From Mobula hypostoma (taxonomy: Eukaryota): a stretch of 64,000 bases of DNA. Both the position numbers and the translations under genes were made by a program. Below are positions 50,871 through 62,708 of this stretch, in pieces. The stretch covers positions 68,450,001 through 68,514,000 of the forward strand of contig NC_086097.1 of assembly GCF_963921235.1 (NCBI RefSeq), written 5' to 3'. Below the pieces are notes generated by a model, which made no database searches, was not told the origin of the DNA, and saw only the letters and a program-made list of their open reading frames with translations. Within the stretch, counting starts at the first letter, position 1. The number at the start of each line of letters is the position of its first letter.

Positions 50871-52005
50871 CAGTGCCTTGAAACAGTATTCAGCCACCAC
50901 AACTATTTTTCACATTTTACGCTCTCACTTTCTAAATTTGAAATATATTGTAGGATTTTTGAACTAATCTATAAAACATCATGAAGCATGTCAAATCAAA
51001 AGAAAAATTACAAAATCTGTCAACAATTTACTAAAAATTAAAAACAAACATTGTGAGGCTGAAAAAGTATTCATCCCCTTTGCAATTACTATGCTAACTT
51101 TCCTCAGGTGCAATACTCAATATTACCTTAACAACTCACCCAATTTGTTGATGTAGAAAATTGGAGTATCACCTGAGTAAATACCCATTCTCTCTGTAAG
51201 GTCCAACAGCGTGGTAGATTTTCAATAGACCAAATCAAAATGAAGACAAAAGAGAATTCAAGGAAAGTAAGGGATATGATGATAGAGAATCATAAATCAG
51301 GGGAACAGTATAAGACCACTTCAAAGGCATAACAACATAACTTAGATCTCAGAGCAGTCCGTCGTAAAATAGTGGAAAAAATATGAAACTACAGCTGTGC
51401 TGCCTAGTTCAGGCCGACCCTCTAAGCTTTTGACATAGAAGAATGCCACATGTAAGAGAGGCTACTGTAATGCCAACAGTCACTTTAAGTGATCTGCTGA
51501 AGTCAATGGCTACAATTGGAGTTGAAGTTCATGGCTCCACAATCTCTGAGGTCCTGCATAAAAAAGTTATTTATGGAAGAGTGGCAAGGAAGAAGCCCTG
51601 GCTAAGAAAAAGTATATCCTCTGGCAATACCTTAAGATTGCTGCCCACCACTGCTCCCCAACTAACCTGGCCCACTTTGAGCAATTTTTCTAAGGGAATG
51701 GACAAATTCTGCTCCATCGCATTGTGCAAAGTTAATAGAGGCAGATTCAAAAAGACTACTGGCTGTAATAGCTGTGAGAGATGGTTCAACAAAGTACTGA
51801 GCAAAGGGAGATGAATACTTTTGAAATGCTGACATGCCAGTTTTTGAATTTTGTGCTTTTCGTGTTTTACAATTTTCATTGTTTTGGGGCTCTACTGTGA
51901 AAAAGAAGTATGTGATTCACAAATAAAAATTCTTATTTAAATTGATCAAACTCTCTGGTTGTAATGCTCAAAGGGTTGGGGGCTGAATACTTTTACAAGG
52001 CACTG
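50871..52005 (+). mobile_element. Tc1 (IR/DR-type) internally deleted transposon
   Basis: TA|cagtgccttg...caaggcactg|TA; long imperfect TIRs; MKTKE.S, STISEVLHK..YGRVARKKPWL; DDE domain deleted. Confidence 0.92.
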
Positions 52006-52502
52006 TATAAGGAGAAGAGTAGGGGACCAAAACAGCTTCCTTGAGCAACACCAAAAAATACATTGTATCTCTGAGAAAATTGGTCTCCAAAATGGACAAA
52101 ATATTTTCTCTCCAAGGTGGATGAGCAAAAACAATTAAGAGCACTAACAGAGAGGCCAACACAATTGTCAGGAATATCTAGGAGAGTGTTGTGGTCAATT
52201 GTGTTGAAGGCAGCATTTAGATCTAGAAAAATTAGAATCGAGAATCTGTTGGCATCAGGGTTGAGCCTAAGATTGCTGACAATTTTGTTAAGGACTGTCT
52301 CTGTTCTGTTAGACAGCTGCAATTTTGAAGGCATCTGAAAAAACTCCAGTTTCAAGGGATGGTTAATAATTTTCCTAACAGAACTGAGAACACTTAAAAG
52401 AATCCTTAAAAAGTGTGGTAGCAATCGGGTTGAGACAGCAAATAAATGGTTTACTCTTCATTACAATTTTATAGCGTTCTGAATCAGAAATACTTGTAAA
52501 GT

Positions 52503-52876
52503 GGATACTCTGCATCTAGAGAGGATAAGATACATTATCAAGGACAGACTCAAGGAATTTGAAAAAATCTGGCAACCATTACTGTTGTATTTCGAAGAGA
52601 CCGACAGCTGAACTAAGTGTCGGGGGGGGGGGTGGGTAGGACCTAAACAACACATACGGGAGAGCTGAGGGGAGGGTAGGGCTGGGAAGGGGGAAGGAGA
52701 CAGGGTGGTAGGGTTTCCTTTGCTGTTTGCTTGTTTACTATACATGCATTCATTTGACTTTTATTATGTTGTTATAAGAAAAGAAAAAGGAAGCATTGAA
52801 CTTTAGGATATTGTCGGTTGTGGTTAAGCTGTTGTTGCTTCACAATAAAAACATTTGAAAAAACAAAAAAAAAGCA
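52503..52876 (+). mobile_element. L1 LINE 3' end, 5'-truncated
   Basis: LHLERIRYIIKDRLKEFEKIWQPLLLYF C-terminus; G-rich UTR, AATAAA, A-tail; 17-bp TSD agaaatacttgtaaagt (52486-52502, 52877-52893). Confidence 0.88.
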
Positions 52877-53535
52877 AGAAATACTTGTAAAGTTTGACAT
52901 GGTTGCCGATCTTTTTATGAGGTCGCCTATGGAGGTTACCAGTATCATTAGCTATACTCTCCCTAATAGAAGTAATTTTGTTGATAAAAATATTGTGTAC
53001 TCCTCACATATTGTGGCAGATGCTTGACTGAGGACATTATAGGTTGGGGCAGGGTTCAACTGTTGGTTTATAGTTGAGAATAATATTCTTGAATTGTTGC
53101 TATTCTCTATAATAATCTTGGAAAAATAGCCTTTTCTTGCACAGCGTATCGTAGCATTAAAGGAGGCTAGTTTTTACTTGAAAATGTTACAGTGGACTTC
53201 AAGCCCAGTTTTCCTCCATTTTCTCTCTGCTATTCTGTATGATCTCTTGAGTTTGGAGACATAATTGTTTAACCATGACAATGTTTTACTTTTCAACCCT
53301 AAGTGGGACACTGTGTTTAATATATTTGTTGAAAGAATCAACCATTTCATTTACTGAGCAGCTTAGGTCACATGAGACAGATAAACAAGCAAACTCAGAG
53401 AAGTTAACTTCTGTTGCCTCATCGAGAAACCAATTTTTCACTGTAATTCCATGGTCTTGTTTACAAGCAGGAGGTTATCAAAATTTACGCAAAAATTATC
53501 GAAAATAGTGATATCAGATAGAGAGTCATTAATAA

Positions 53536-54250
53536 CTTTGTTTGTAGGGTTGTTTGCCGAGCCTGGAAGTTAGGTTGCAAATGTTTCATCATCAATCGAG
53601 GTGATATCATCAGTGCACATTTGAGTTTCTACTGAGTGCTCATGTTTATATTGGTCCGACTTATTCTGATTGGTTGGCTGTTGCCCTGGCCACTAGTCTC
53701 GGCTGATCGCAGCCAACCAGATAGCTGAGTGATCTCTGCTGGCCCGTATCCCTGGTTTTCGGTCGTAGTGAGTGTTGGTTCCTCAGATGTCTGCAGCTCA
53801 CCCCTCAGCCCCAATCCCACAGTCACACAGGGTCATAAATTGCATCCAGTTCGACATATGTACAGTATTACTAGAATCTTCCATTGAGAATCCAGCTTCT
53901 AAGAATTTCCGTGATCTTTTTGTTTTGTACTTCTGCCAAGACCTCTGTAGGTTCCCGGACGAACTTGTGTCCTTCTTGGTCTTCATGTACTGAGACGACT
54001 GACAGAGGATCGTGTTTTCTAATGACAAGCTGATGTTCATGCAGTCTCAAGGATAGTTTTCTCCCAATTGTCTCGGATCCAGTGGACACTTAGCGGCCAT
54101 AAGGACGAGTTCGACCAATATAAACATGAGCACTCAGCAGAAACAACACTCAGTTGTGTACTGATTATTTCACCTCAACAGGTGATGAAACGTTTGCTAC
54201 CTAACATCCAGACTTGATAAACAATCCTATAAACAAGCAGCCAACATTTC
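53536..54250 (-). mobile_element. Penelope-like element of a second family (GIY-YIG remnant, inverted termini)
   Basis: ORFs 53871 and 53798: GRKLSLRLHEHQL..HDPLSVVSVH..GHKF, RKFLEA; ~130-bp inverted ends; TSD agtcattaataa (53524-53535) / agacattaataa (54251-54262). Confidence 0.85.
53576..53617 (-). ncRNA. Hammerhead ribozyme motif, second family (partly decayed); inverted sister copy at 54157-54198 (+)
   Basis: TGCA-CTGATGA-TATCACCTCGATTGATGAT-GAAA-CATT^TGCA; sister TGTA-CTGATTA-TTTCACCT(CAAC)AGGTGAT-GAAA-CGTT^TGCT. Confidence 0.65.
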
Positions 54251-55059
54251 AGACATTAATAATGTTTAACCCTTTTGTCACTACAAAGTCAAGTGGATTT
54301 ATTAGTCAATGGGTGGGCTCAATGACATGCTGGGTAAGAGCTAGATTGTCTAGTAAGTTCATGAATTCAGTTGCGATTGAGTTCACATTTGAGAGAACCT
54401 TAATATGAATATTGAAATTACCGGCAATGACAATCCTGTCATAGTTCAATATATTGAAGGATAAGAATTCTGAGAGAAAGCAGGCATTGGGTTTAGGAAC
54501 GTGATAAAAGATAACATAGAGGACAGGATCTGTACCACACATTTTAAACAAACTTGAAAGGTTGTTTACAGGCAGTGGATTGCACCTAAAATCCTTCTAT
54601 GATAGAGGGAACTCAGGAAGAGATACCTTCCTGAGATCCCCACTCTTAGAGAAGCATAAGATTTCCAACTACACATGGTTATAAATGTTTCAGTCTTGTC
54701 TTTAGCATTTAGATGTTGGACCCCTCCATTGCTGAGAACTGACATATTCTTAGAGCCTCCTCTGGTTTGATGTCTAGTTATCCACTACTATTCACACTTG
54801 ATGCTCTAGAGCTGCTGAAATAGATTCTGGTCCATCAGTTTTGAGATCATTTAAAACTACCTACTACATCCTGTTTCACTTCCCTCTTAGCCTTGTCAGC
54901 ACTTCAGTCAGGTTAGCAAATCATTATGTATAGGAGGCTGGTGCTGCCCAGCCTTCCCTTTGGCACTTATTCCTGATTTTTTTTGTAACTTTGGCCAGAG
55001 TTATGAATTTGAAACGTTACAGCATACTTTACTTCCTAAGTATGGTCAGAATAATTCAG

Positions 55060-55920
55060 CCAACTGGAAAAACAAGAGGTATAGAAGCTTTAGGTCATAC
55101 ATCACTATGTTCAAGAACATAAATTACCCTTCAACTATCAGACTCCCGAACCACTGTGGATAACTTCATTCACCACTAGTCTGGGCTGATTCTACAACCT
55201 ACAAACTCACTTCCAAGGACTCTTTTATAACTTATGTTCTCAGTATTCTTTTTATTTGCACAGTTTGCTTTCTCTTGCACATTGGTTGTTTGTCAGTCTC
55301 TGATTATATATAGTTTTTCATAAAATTCTATTATATTTCTTTTTTTTCTGTAAATTCCTGCAAGGCAATGAATCTCAAGGTAGTATATGGTAACATATAT
55401 GTACAGTAGTTGATAATAAATTTACTTTGAACTTTGATGTTTGCTGTTGTGTGCTGGGGCAGCAGGCTGAGGGTAGCAGACACCAACAGAATCAACAAAC
55501 TCATTCGTAAGGCCAGTGATGTTCTGGGGATGGAACTGGACTCTCTCACTGTGGTGTCTGAAAAGAGGATGCTGTCCAAGTTGCATGCCATCTTGGACAA
55601 TGTCTCCCATCCACTACATAATGTACTGGGTGGGCACAGGAGTACATTGAGCCAGAGACTCATTCCACCGAGATGCAACACAGAGCGTCATAGGAAGTCA
55701 TTCCTGCCTGTGGCCATCAAACTTTACAAACTCCTCCCTTGGAGAGTCAGACACCCTGAGCCAATAGGCTGGTCCTGGACTTATTTCCTGGCATAATTTA
55801 CATAGTAAACAAGTAATAAATAATAAATAATTTCTATTACTATTTAATTATTTATGGTGCAACTGTAACAAAAACCAATTTCCCCCGGGATCAATAAAGT
55901 ATGACTGTGACTATGACTAT
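55060..55920 (+). mobile_element. Two adjacent Rex1/Babar 3' fragments (~55060-55436 and ~55437-55920)
   Basis: FKNINYPSTIRL plus actttgaactttga tail; ORF 55434 FAVVCWGS..HPLH..RHRKSFLPVAIKLY plus (gactat)n tail. Confidence 0.88.
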
Positions 55921-56574
55921 TAACTATTGAACTCAGGTGGTACTTGCTGAATTAATTTTTTTAATATTACTTGATTAAAGATAAAGACCAGATTCAAAAA
56001 GTATTAGGAAAGTACAATTTATGCTTTTATTTAAACAGAAAATAAGTGGAAGTATATTCTGTTTACAATATAAATCAGACAAATTCTATTAAAAAATAGC
56101 TAGGAGGCACCTAATCTCATTGCCCAGATTTGGAGGAGAGTGGTTGGAGATGGAGTAGGATGATACCTAACATGTTGAATGATGGCAATGAAAAGTCAAA
56201 GCTGGACAAGATATTTGAGGATGGAGTAAAAGATACTGTAGATTAAGATGGTAGGGAGGCCTCATCATTGTTACTGATTCACAGGTGATGGGGGACATGA
56301 AAAGGATGTAAAATATCGGATTGTAGATGCTGGTAAGTTCCAGAAGTTCATGCAATTTCAGCATAGCCATACATTTTTCAGAAACAAATCTCTAATAATC
56401 TTTAACAATTAATCGATATTCTTCTCTGATAAATTCTAACTTCACTTCCATTTTGTTTGTAAAAACTGAACCAGCTATCAAACTAATATTTTTTCTCAAT
56501 ACTCCACAGTTAGACTCCTCTCTCAATGGTATGGTGATGTGAATCACTCACACATATCTAAAATCCGTTTATTA

Positions 56575-58980
56575 TTAAGACCATAAGATATAGGAGCAGA
56601 AGTAGGCCATTTGGCCCACCGAGTCTGCTTTGCCATTCAGTCATGGGCTATGCCAATTCTTCCAGTCATCCCCACTCGCCTGCCTTCTCCCATACCTTTT
56701 GATGCCCTGGCTAATCAAGAACCCATCCATCTCTGCCTTAAATACACCCAATGACTTGGCCTCCACAGCTGCTTGTGGCAACGAATTCCACAGATTAACC
56801 ACCATCTGACTAAAGTAATTTCTCAACATCTCTGTTCTAAATGGACATCCTTCAATCCTGAAGACATGTCCTCTTGTCCTGGACTCCCCTACCACGGGGA
56901 ATCACTTTGCAACATCTAATCTGTTCAGGCCATTTAACATTTGGAATGTTTCTAATGAGATCCCCTTCATTCTCCTGAACTCCAAGGAATACAGCCCAAG
57001 AGCTGCCAGATGTTTCTCATACGGTAACCCTTTCATTCCTCGAATCATTCTCGTGAATCTTCTCTGAACCCTCTCCAATGTCAGTATATCCTTTCTAAAA
57101 TAAGGAGCCCAAAACTGCACACAATACTCCAAGTGTGGTCTCATGAGTGCTTTATACAGCCTCAATGTCACATCCCTGCTCTAATATTTTATACCTCTAG
57201 AAATGAATGCCAACATTGCATTCACCTTCTGCACCACCAACTCAACCTGGAAGTTAACCTTCAGGGTATCCTGCACAAGGATTCCCAAGTCCCTTTGCAT
57301 CTCTGCATTTGGAATTCTCTCCACATCTAAATAATAGTCTTCCCATTTATTTCTTCCACCAAAGTGCACGATCATACACTTTCCAATATTGTATTTCATT
57401 TGCCACTTCTTTGCCCATTCCCCTAAACTATCTAGGTCTCTCTGCAGGCTCTCTGTTTCCACAACACTACCTGCTCCTCCACCTATCTTTGTATTATCGG
57501 CAAATTTAGCCACAAATCCATTAATCCCACAGTCTAAATTATTGGCATACATCGTAAAAAGCAGTGGTCCCAACACTAAACCCTCTAGAACTCCACTGGT
57601 AACCAGCAGCCAGCCAGAATAGGATCCCTTTATTCCTACTCTCTGTTTTCTACCAATCAGCCAGTGCTCCACCCATGCTAGTAACTTCCCTGTAATTCCA
57701 TGGGCTTTTATCTTGCTAAGCAGCCTCATGTGCGGCACCTTGTCAAAGGTCTTCTGAAAATCCAAGTACACCACATCTACTGCATCTCCTTTGTCTACCC
57801 TACCTGTAATTTCCTCAAAAAAATTGCAGTAGGTTTGTCAGGTTGGATTTTCCTTTCAGAACACCATGCTGGCTTTGGCCTATCTTGTCATGTTCTTCCA
57901 AGTATTCTGTAATCTCATCCCTAACAATCGATTCCAACAACCTCCCAACTACTGATGTCGAGCTAACAGGTCTACAGTTTCCTTTCTGCTACCTCCCACC
58001 CTTCTTAAATAGTGGAGTAACATTTACAATTTTCCAGTTATCCAGTACAATGCCAGAATCTATCGATTCTTGAAAGATCATTGTTAATGCTTCCACAATC
58101 TCTCCAGCTACTTCCTTCAGAACTCGAGAGTGCATTCCATCAGGTCCAGAAGATTTATCCACCCTCAGACCATAAAGCTTCCTGCGCACCTTCTCAGTCC
58201 TAATTTTCACTGCACATATTTCACTTCCCTGGCACTCTTGAATGTCCGGTATACTGCAGATGTCTTTCACTGTCAAGACTGATACAAAATACTCATTCAG
58301 TTTCAATGCTATCTCTGCATCTCTCATTACAATATCTCCAGCGTCATTTTCTATTGGTCCTATATCTACCCTCAACTCTCTTTTACTCTCTATATACTTA
58401 AAAAGGCTTTTAGTATCTTTGATACTAGTCACCAGCTTCCTTTAGTAATTCATCTTTTCTTTCCTAATGACCTTCTTAGTTTCCTTCTGCAAGTTTTTAA
58501 AAGCTTTCCAATCCTCTAGCTTCCCACCAGCTTTGACTTCCTTGTATGTCCTCTCTTTTGCTTTCACTTTGGCTCTAACTTCACTTGTCATCCACAGTAG
58601 TGTCCTTTCTCCATTCGAAAATTTCTTCTTATTTGGAATATATCTGTCTGGCATTTCTCTCATTTTTCACAGAAACTCCAGCCTTTGCTGCTCTGCTGTC
58701 CTTCCTACTAGGGTTTCCTTCCAGTCAATTTTGGCAGATTCCTCTCTCATGCCATTGTAGTTTCCTTTATTCCACTGAAATACTGACACATTGGAATTTA
58801 GTTAATCTTTCTCAAATTTCAAAGTGCACTCGATCATATTGTGATCATTGTTCCCTAAGAGTTGCTTCAGCTCTCTTATCACCTCTGGATAATTGCACAA
58901 CACCCAATCCAGCACAGCCGATCCCCTAGTGGGCTCAACAACAAGCTATTCTAAAAAGCCATCCCTTAGACATTCTACAA
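56575..58980 (-). mobile_element. CR1 LINE, 2.4-kb 5'-truncated copy
   Basis: ORFs 58946, 58442, 57989, 57181, 56902 and 56641 tile ORF2 (YLDFQKTFDKVPH, KFADNTKIGG, RPHLEYCVQFWAP); taagaccataaga tail. Confidence 0.93.
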
Positions 58981-59377
58981 TTTCTTTATTATTTCTTTTC
59001 AAAATCTTTTCATATTTATTTTTATGTATTCTACTCAAGAGGATACAGATAAGAAAGCAGGCAGGGGAATAGGCACTTTCAATAATCATCTTTAAGATTA
59101 AAAAAAAGTCCAGGTCACTGATGCATGTATACATTCACTTGAAAACATTAACAACAAATGTCTCTGCTCCTCCCAAAGTATACAGTATATTTTTTAAATT
59201 ACTCATAATATATGTATCATGGCAGCTTACTTATGCAAAGACGGCTTTCACAAAATGCAATATGATAATAATCATATAATCAAGTTTCAGCCAAGTTAAT
59301 TGAGAGATGAATATTGTCCAGGACAATGCAGATAAAGCCCCTGCTGTTTGAAATAACACACATTACCTCCCCTTTTG

Positions 59378-60113
59378 GAGGAACTCAGAAGGCCAGGCAA
59401 CATCTATGGAAAAAAGTACAGTCAACATTTCAGGCCAAGACCCTACAGCAGGGCTGGCGAAGAAAAGATGAGGAGTCAGAATTGGAAGGTGAGGGGAGGG
59501 GAAGAAGAAACTGGGAGGGGTGAAGTAAAGAGGTGGGAAGTTGATTAGTGAAGGAGATACAGGACTGGAGAAGGGGGAATCTGATAAGGGAGGATAAAAG
59601 ACCGTGGAAGAAAGAAAAGAGGGGAGGAGCACTACAGGGGAGGTGATGGGTAAGAAGCTAAGATGAGAGAGGAAAATGCAAATGGGGAATGGTGAAAGAG
59701 AGGGGGGAGGCATTATCAGAAGTTCAAGAAATCAATGTTCATACCATCAGTCTGAAGGCTACCCAGAAGGAATATAAAGTGTTGCTCTTCCAACCTGAGT
59801 GTGGCCTTATCATGACAGTAGGGGAGGCCATGGACTGACATGTCAGAATGGGAATGGGAAGTGGAATTAAAATGGGTAGCCACTGGGAGATCCCAATTTC
59901 TCTGGCAGACGGAGCATAGGTGCTCGGTGAAGCAGTCTCCCAACCTATGTTGTGTCTCACCAATATACAGGAGGCATCTATGGAAAAGAGCAAACAGTTG
60001 ACGTTTCGGCCTGAGTTTTGATGAAGGGTTTCGGCCTGAAACATCGACTGTTTACTCTTTTCCATAGAGGCTGCCTGGCCTGCTGAGTTCCTCCAGCATT
60101 CCGTGTGTGTTGC
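59378..60113 (-). mobile_element. Penelope-like element with GIY-YIG remnant and 5' inversion
   Basis: LLYIGETQHRLGDCFTEHL..PVATHFN..LEEQHFIF..GMNIDF (ORF 59716); inverted repeat 60018-60113. Confidence 0.9.
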
Positions 60114-60709
60114 TACTATCTATTTTGAATGCCACCAGGCTGGAATTCACTTGACTCAAATTTAAATCCACATCCACCTCCACAGTGCAAAGATATGTGG
60201 CAGTATTGCCAGGAGAAACTAAAAGTCTCGCAGCTTTCTAGCACAAATGACATTTAATGTCACTTATTTTTGTTGCAATTACTATGTAAAAACACAGAAA
60301 GTATAAAACCAGACTTCGACTCTCAAAAAGTCTAGTACAGTAACTAATTTCAAACATACCAAAATCAATCTCAGGCAAATCAACTTTTAAAATTTATCAA
60401 CACATATATCTGGAGACTGGTGTCTATATCGGAACAACTGTCCACCCATCTAGCACTATCACAGCATGTTCACAGAACTATTCTTACAGGCAAAATGCGT
60501 TTTTCTTCCCTCACAGTCTCTGGGTATGACCTTGAACACTGACAGAAGAGATCAAATGCTGAGGCATACGGGTTGGGGGAAAAAGCCTTACAAGTTTTCA
60601 ATATTGACCATGCATCCAATGACATTTTATTGCCTAAGGTCTAACATCAGCAAGGACAGCTGCAATCTTTGACCTCCCTTAACCAAAAAAATTGCACACT
60701 TTTTCATCA

Positions 60710-61190
60710 CAGAAGGAGGCCATTTGACCTAATCGAACAAGAACTACCCCAAAATCATCACTTGATCCACAAGCATTAGTGATTCATAGGTTTTATGAGG
60801 CAGATCTAAGTACTGTGTTGAGGGTTTCTGTCTCTATTACTCTTTTACACTGTCAATTCAATGCCTTGTAGTTAAAAGATTACTTTCATACTTCCTCTCT
60901 GATATTTCTACAAATTAATTTAAATCCATGCCTCCTAGTTTCTTTGAAGGGAAGTTGGTCCTTTTGAGTCTATCATAATTTTTGACACCAAAATTAAATC
61001 TCTCTCAGCTTCTCAGCTCCAAAAGAAAACAATCCTAGTCCATCCAATCTTTTCCCACAATCACAATTTTCCATCATGGCGATACCTTTGTAAATCCCCT
61101 CTGCAACCTCTCCAGAGTATACGCATCATTCCCATAATATGGTAACCAGAACTGTGGCTAAACTAGCATTCTGTATTTCTTTTTAAGCTT
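60710..61190 (-). mobile_element. Old CR1 3' fragment
   Basis: Decayed QFWLPYYGNDAYTLERLQRGFTK and TRRHGFKL motifs on minus. Confidence 0.6.
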
Positions 61191-61832
61191 TTAACTGGTT
61201 TCTTCTGCTAACTTAAAAAGGCCATTCTCTCTCTGATCCTCTACGTTATTCAATACCTGATGAGTCAGTGCCCTTTATGTTGAACACTTGAAAGGTGATC
61301 TGTAAGTTGCAATACTTGTATTGAACATGTATTGTACCTTTGTGAACAACGTATTAATGACTGTGTCATAATTCCCAGGCTCCTCAACAGCTTAATGTTG
61401 GGTCAAAAGAAAAATCTGTCCTTCACATTAAATGCAACCACGCTAGAAGTACAGTAAATAATTAAATCAATGTTCCATACTAAATCCTCTACAAAACCAT
61501 CACTCTTACCTTCCCAATCCTATCACTTTCACTTTTTCAATACTCTTTCTTTACAAGAAAATTTAAGATAGTTCTCAGCCCAGCGCCAACAATAGTAATT
61601 GATATTTTCATACAAAACTTAACACTAAATGAAAATAAAAAGAAACTACAAATGCTGGGATTCTGAAATAAAAATAAAAGATGTTTTTTTAAATTTAATA
61701 CACATATTTAATGTACAAGAAGAGACTAGAGTACAGAGTCATAGAGAAATAATACATGGAAACATGTCCTTCAACCCAGTGAGTCCTCCATGACCATCAA
61801 TCACCTATTTACACTAATTCTACATTAACCTC

Positions 61833-62708
61833 GCAAACACGAGGAAACCTGCAGATGCTGGAAATTCAAGCAACACACATCAAAGTTGCTGGTGAACGCA
61901 GCAGGCCAGGCAGCATCTCTAGGAGGAGGTACAGTCGACGTTTCAGGCCGAGACCCTTCGTCAGGACTAACTGAAGGAAGAGTTAGTAAGAGATATGAAA
62001 ATGGGAGGGGGAGGGGGAGATACAAAATGATAGGAGAAGACAGGAGGGGGAGGAATGGAGCCAAGAGCTGGACAGGTGATTGGCAAAAGGGATATGAGAG
62101 GATCATGGGACAGGAGGCCTAGGGAGAAAGAAAGGGGGGGGAAGCCCAGAGGATGGGCAAGGGGTATAGTGAGGGGCGCAGAGGGAGAAAAAAGAGAGAG
62201 AGAAAAAGAATGTGTGTATATAAATAAATAAATAATGGATGGGGTACGAGGGGGAGGAGGGGCATTAGCAGAAGTTAGAGAAGTCAATGTTCATGCCATC
62301 AGTTTGGAGGCTACCCAGACAGAATATAAGGTGTTGTTCCTCCAACCTGAGTGTGGCTTCATCTTGACAGTAGAGGAGGCCTTGGATAGACACATCAGAA
62401 TGGGAATGGGACGTGGAATTAAAATGTGTGGCCACTGGGAGATCCTGCTTTGTCTGGCGGACAGAGCGTAGGTGTTCAGCGAATCGGTCTCCCAGTCTGC
62501 GTTGGGTCTCGCCAATATATAGAAGGCCGCATCGGGAGCGCCGGGAGTCTCCTATCATTTCGGATTTCCCCCTCCCACTTTTAAATCTCTTACTAGTTCT
62601 TCTTTCAGTTAATCCTGACGAAGGGTCTCAGCCTGAAACATCGACTGTACCTCTTTCTAGAGATGCGGCCTGGCCTGCTGTGTTCACCAGCAACTTTTAT
62701 GTGTGTTG
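61833..62708 (-). mobile_element. Young Penelope-like element: GIY-YIG C-terminal ORF, 3' repeat and 5' inverted repeat
   Basis: ORF 62265-62558 RCGLLYIGETQRRLGDRFAEHL..GMNIDFSNF; 13-bp TSD ctacattaacctc (61820-61832, 62709-62721). Confidence 0.95.
61932..61969 (-). ncRNA. Minimal type I hammerhead ribozyme motif (intact); mutated inverted copy at 62610-62647 (+)
   Basis: TAGTC-CTGACGA-AGGGTCTCGGCCT-GAAA-CGTC^GACTG. Confidence 0.85.

Larger units (their letters stand above)
49310..54570 (-). mobile_element. L2 LINE, long decayed copy interrupted by four insertions
   Basis: IFYHVPKP..AGNFNIH (54306), LIFLDLNAAFNTIDH..GVAQGSCFGPLLFSLY (51993), YADGTQ (~50800), L2-type 3' UTR tgtaaagcactttg..ctataaata. 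Confidence 0.9.
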
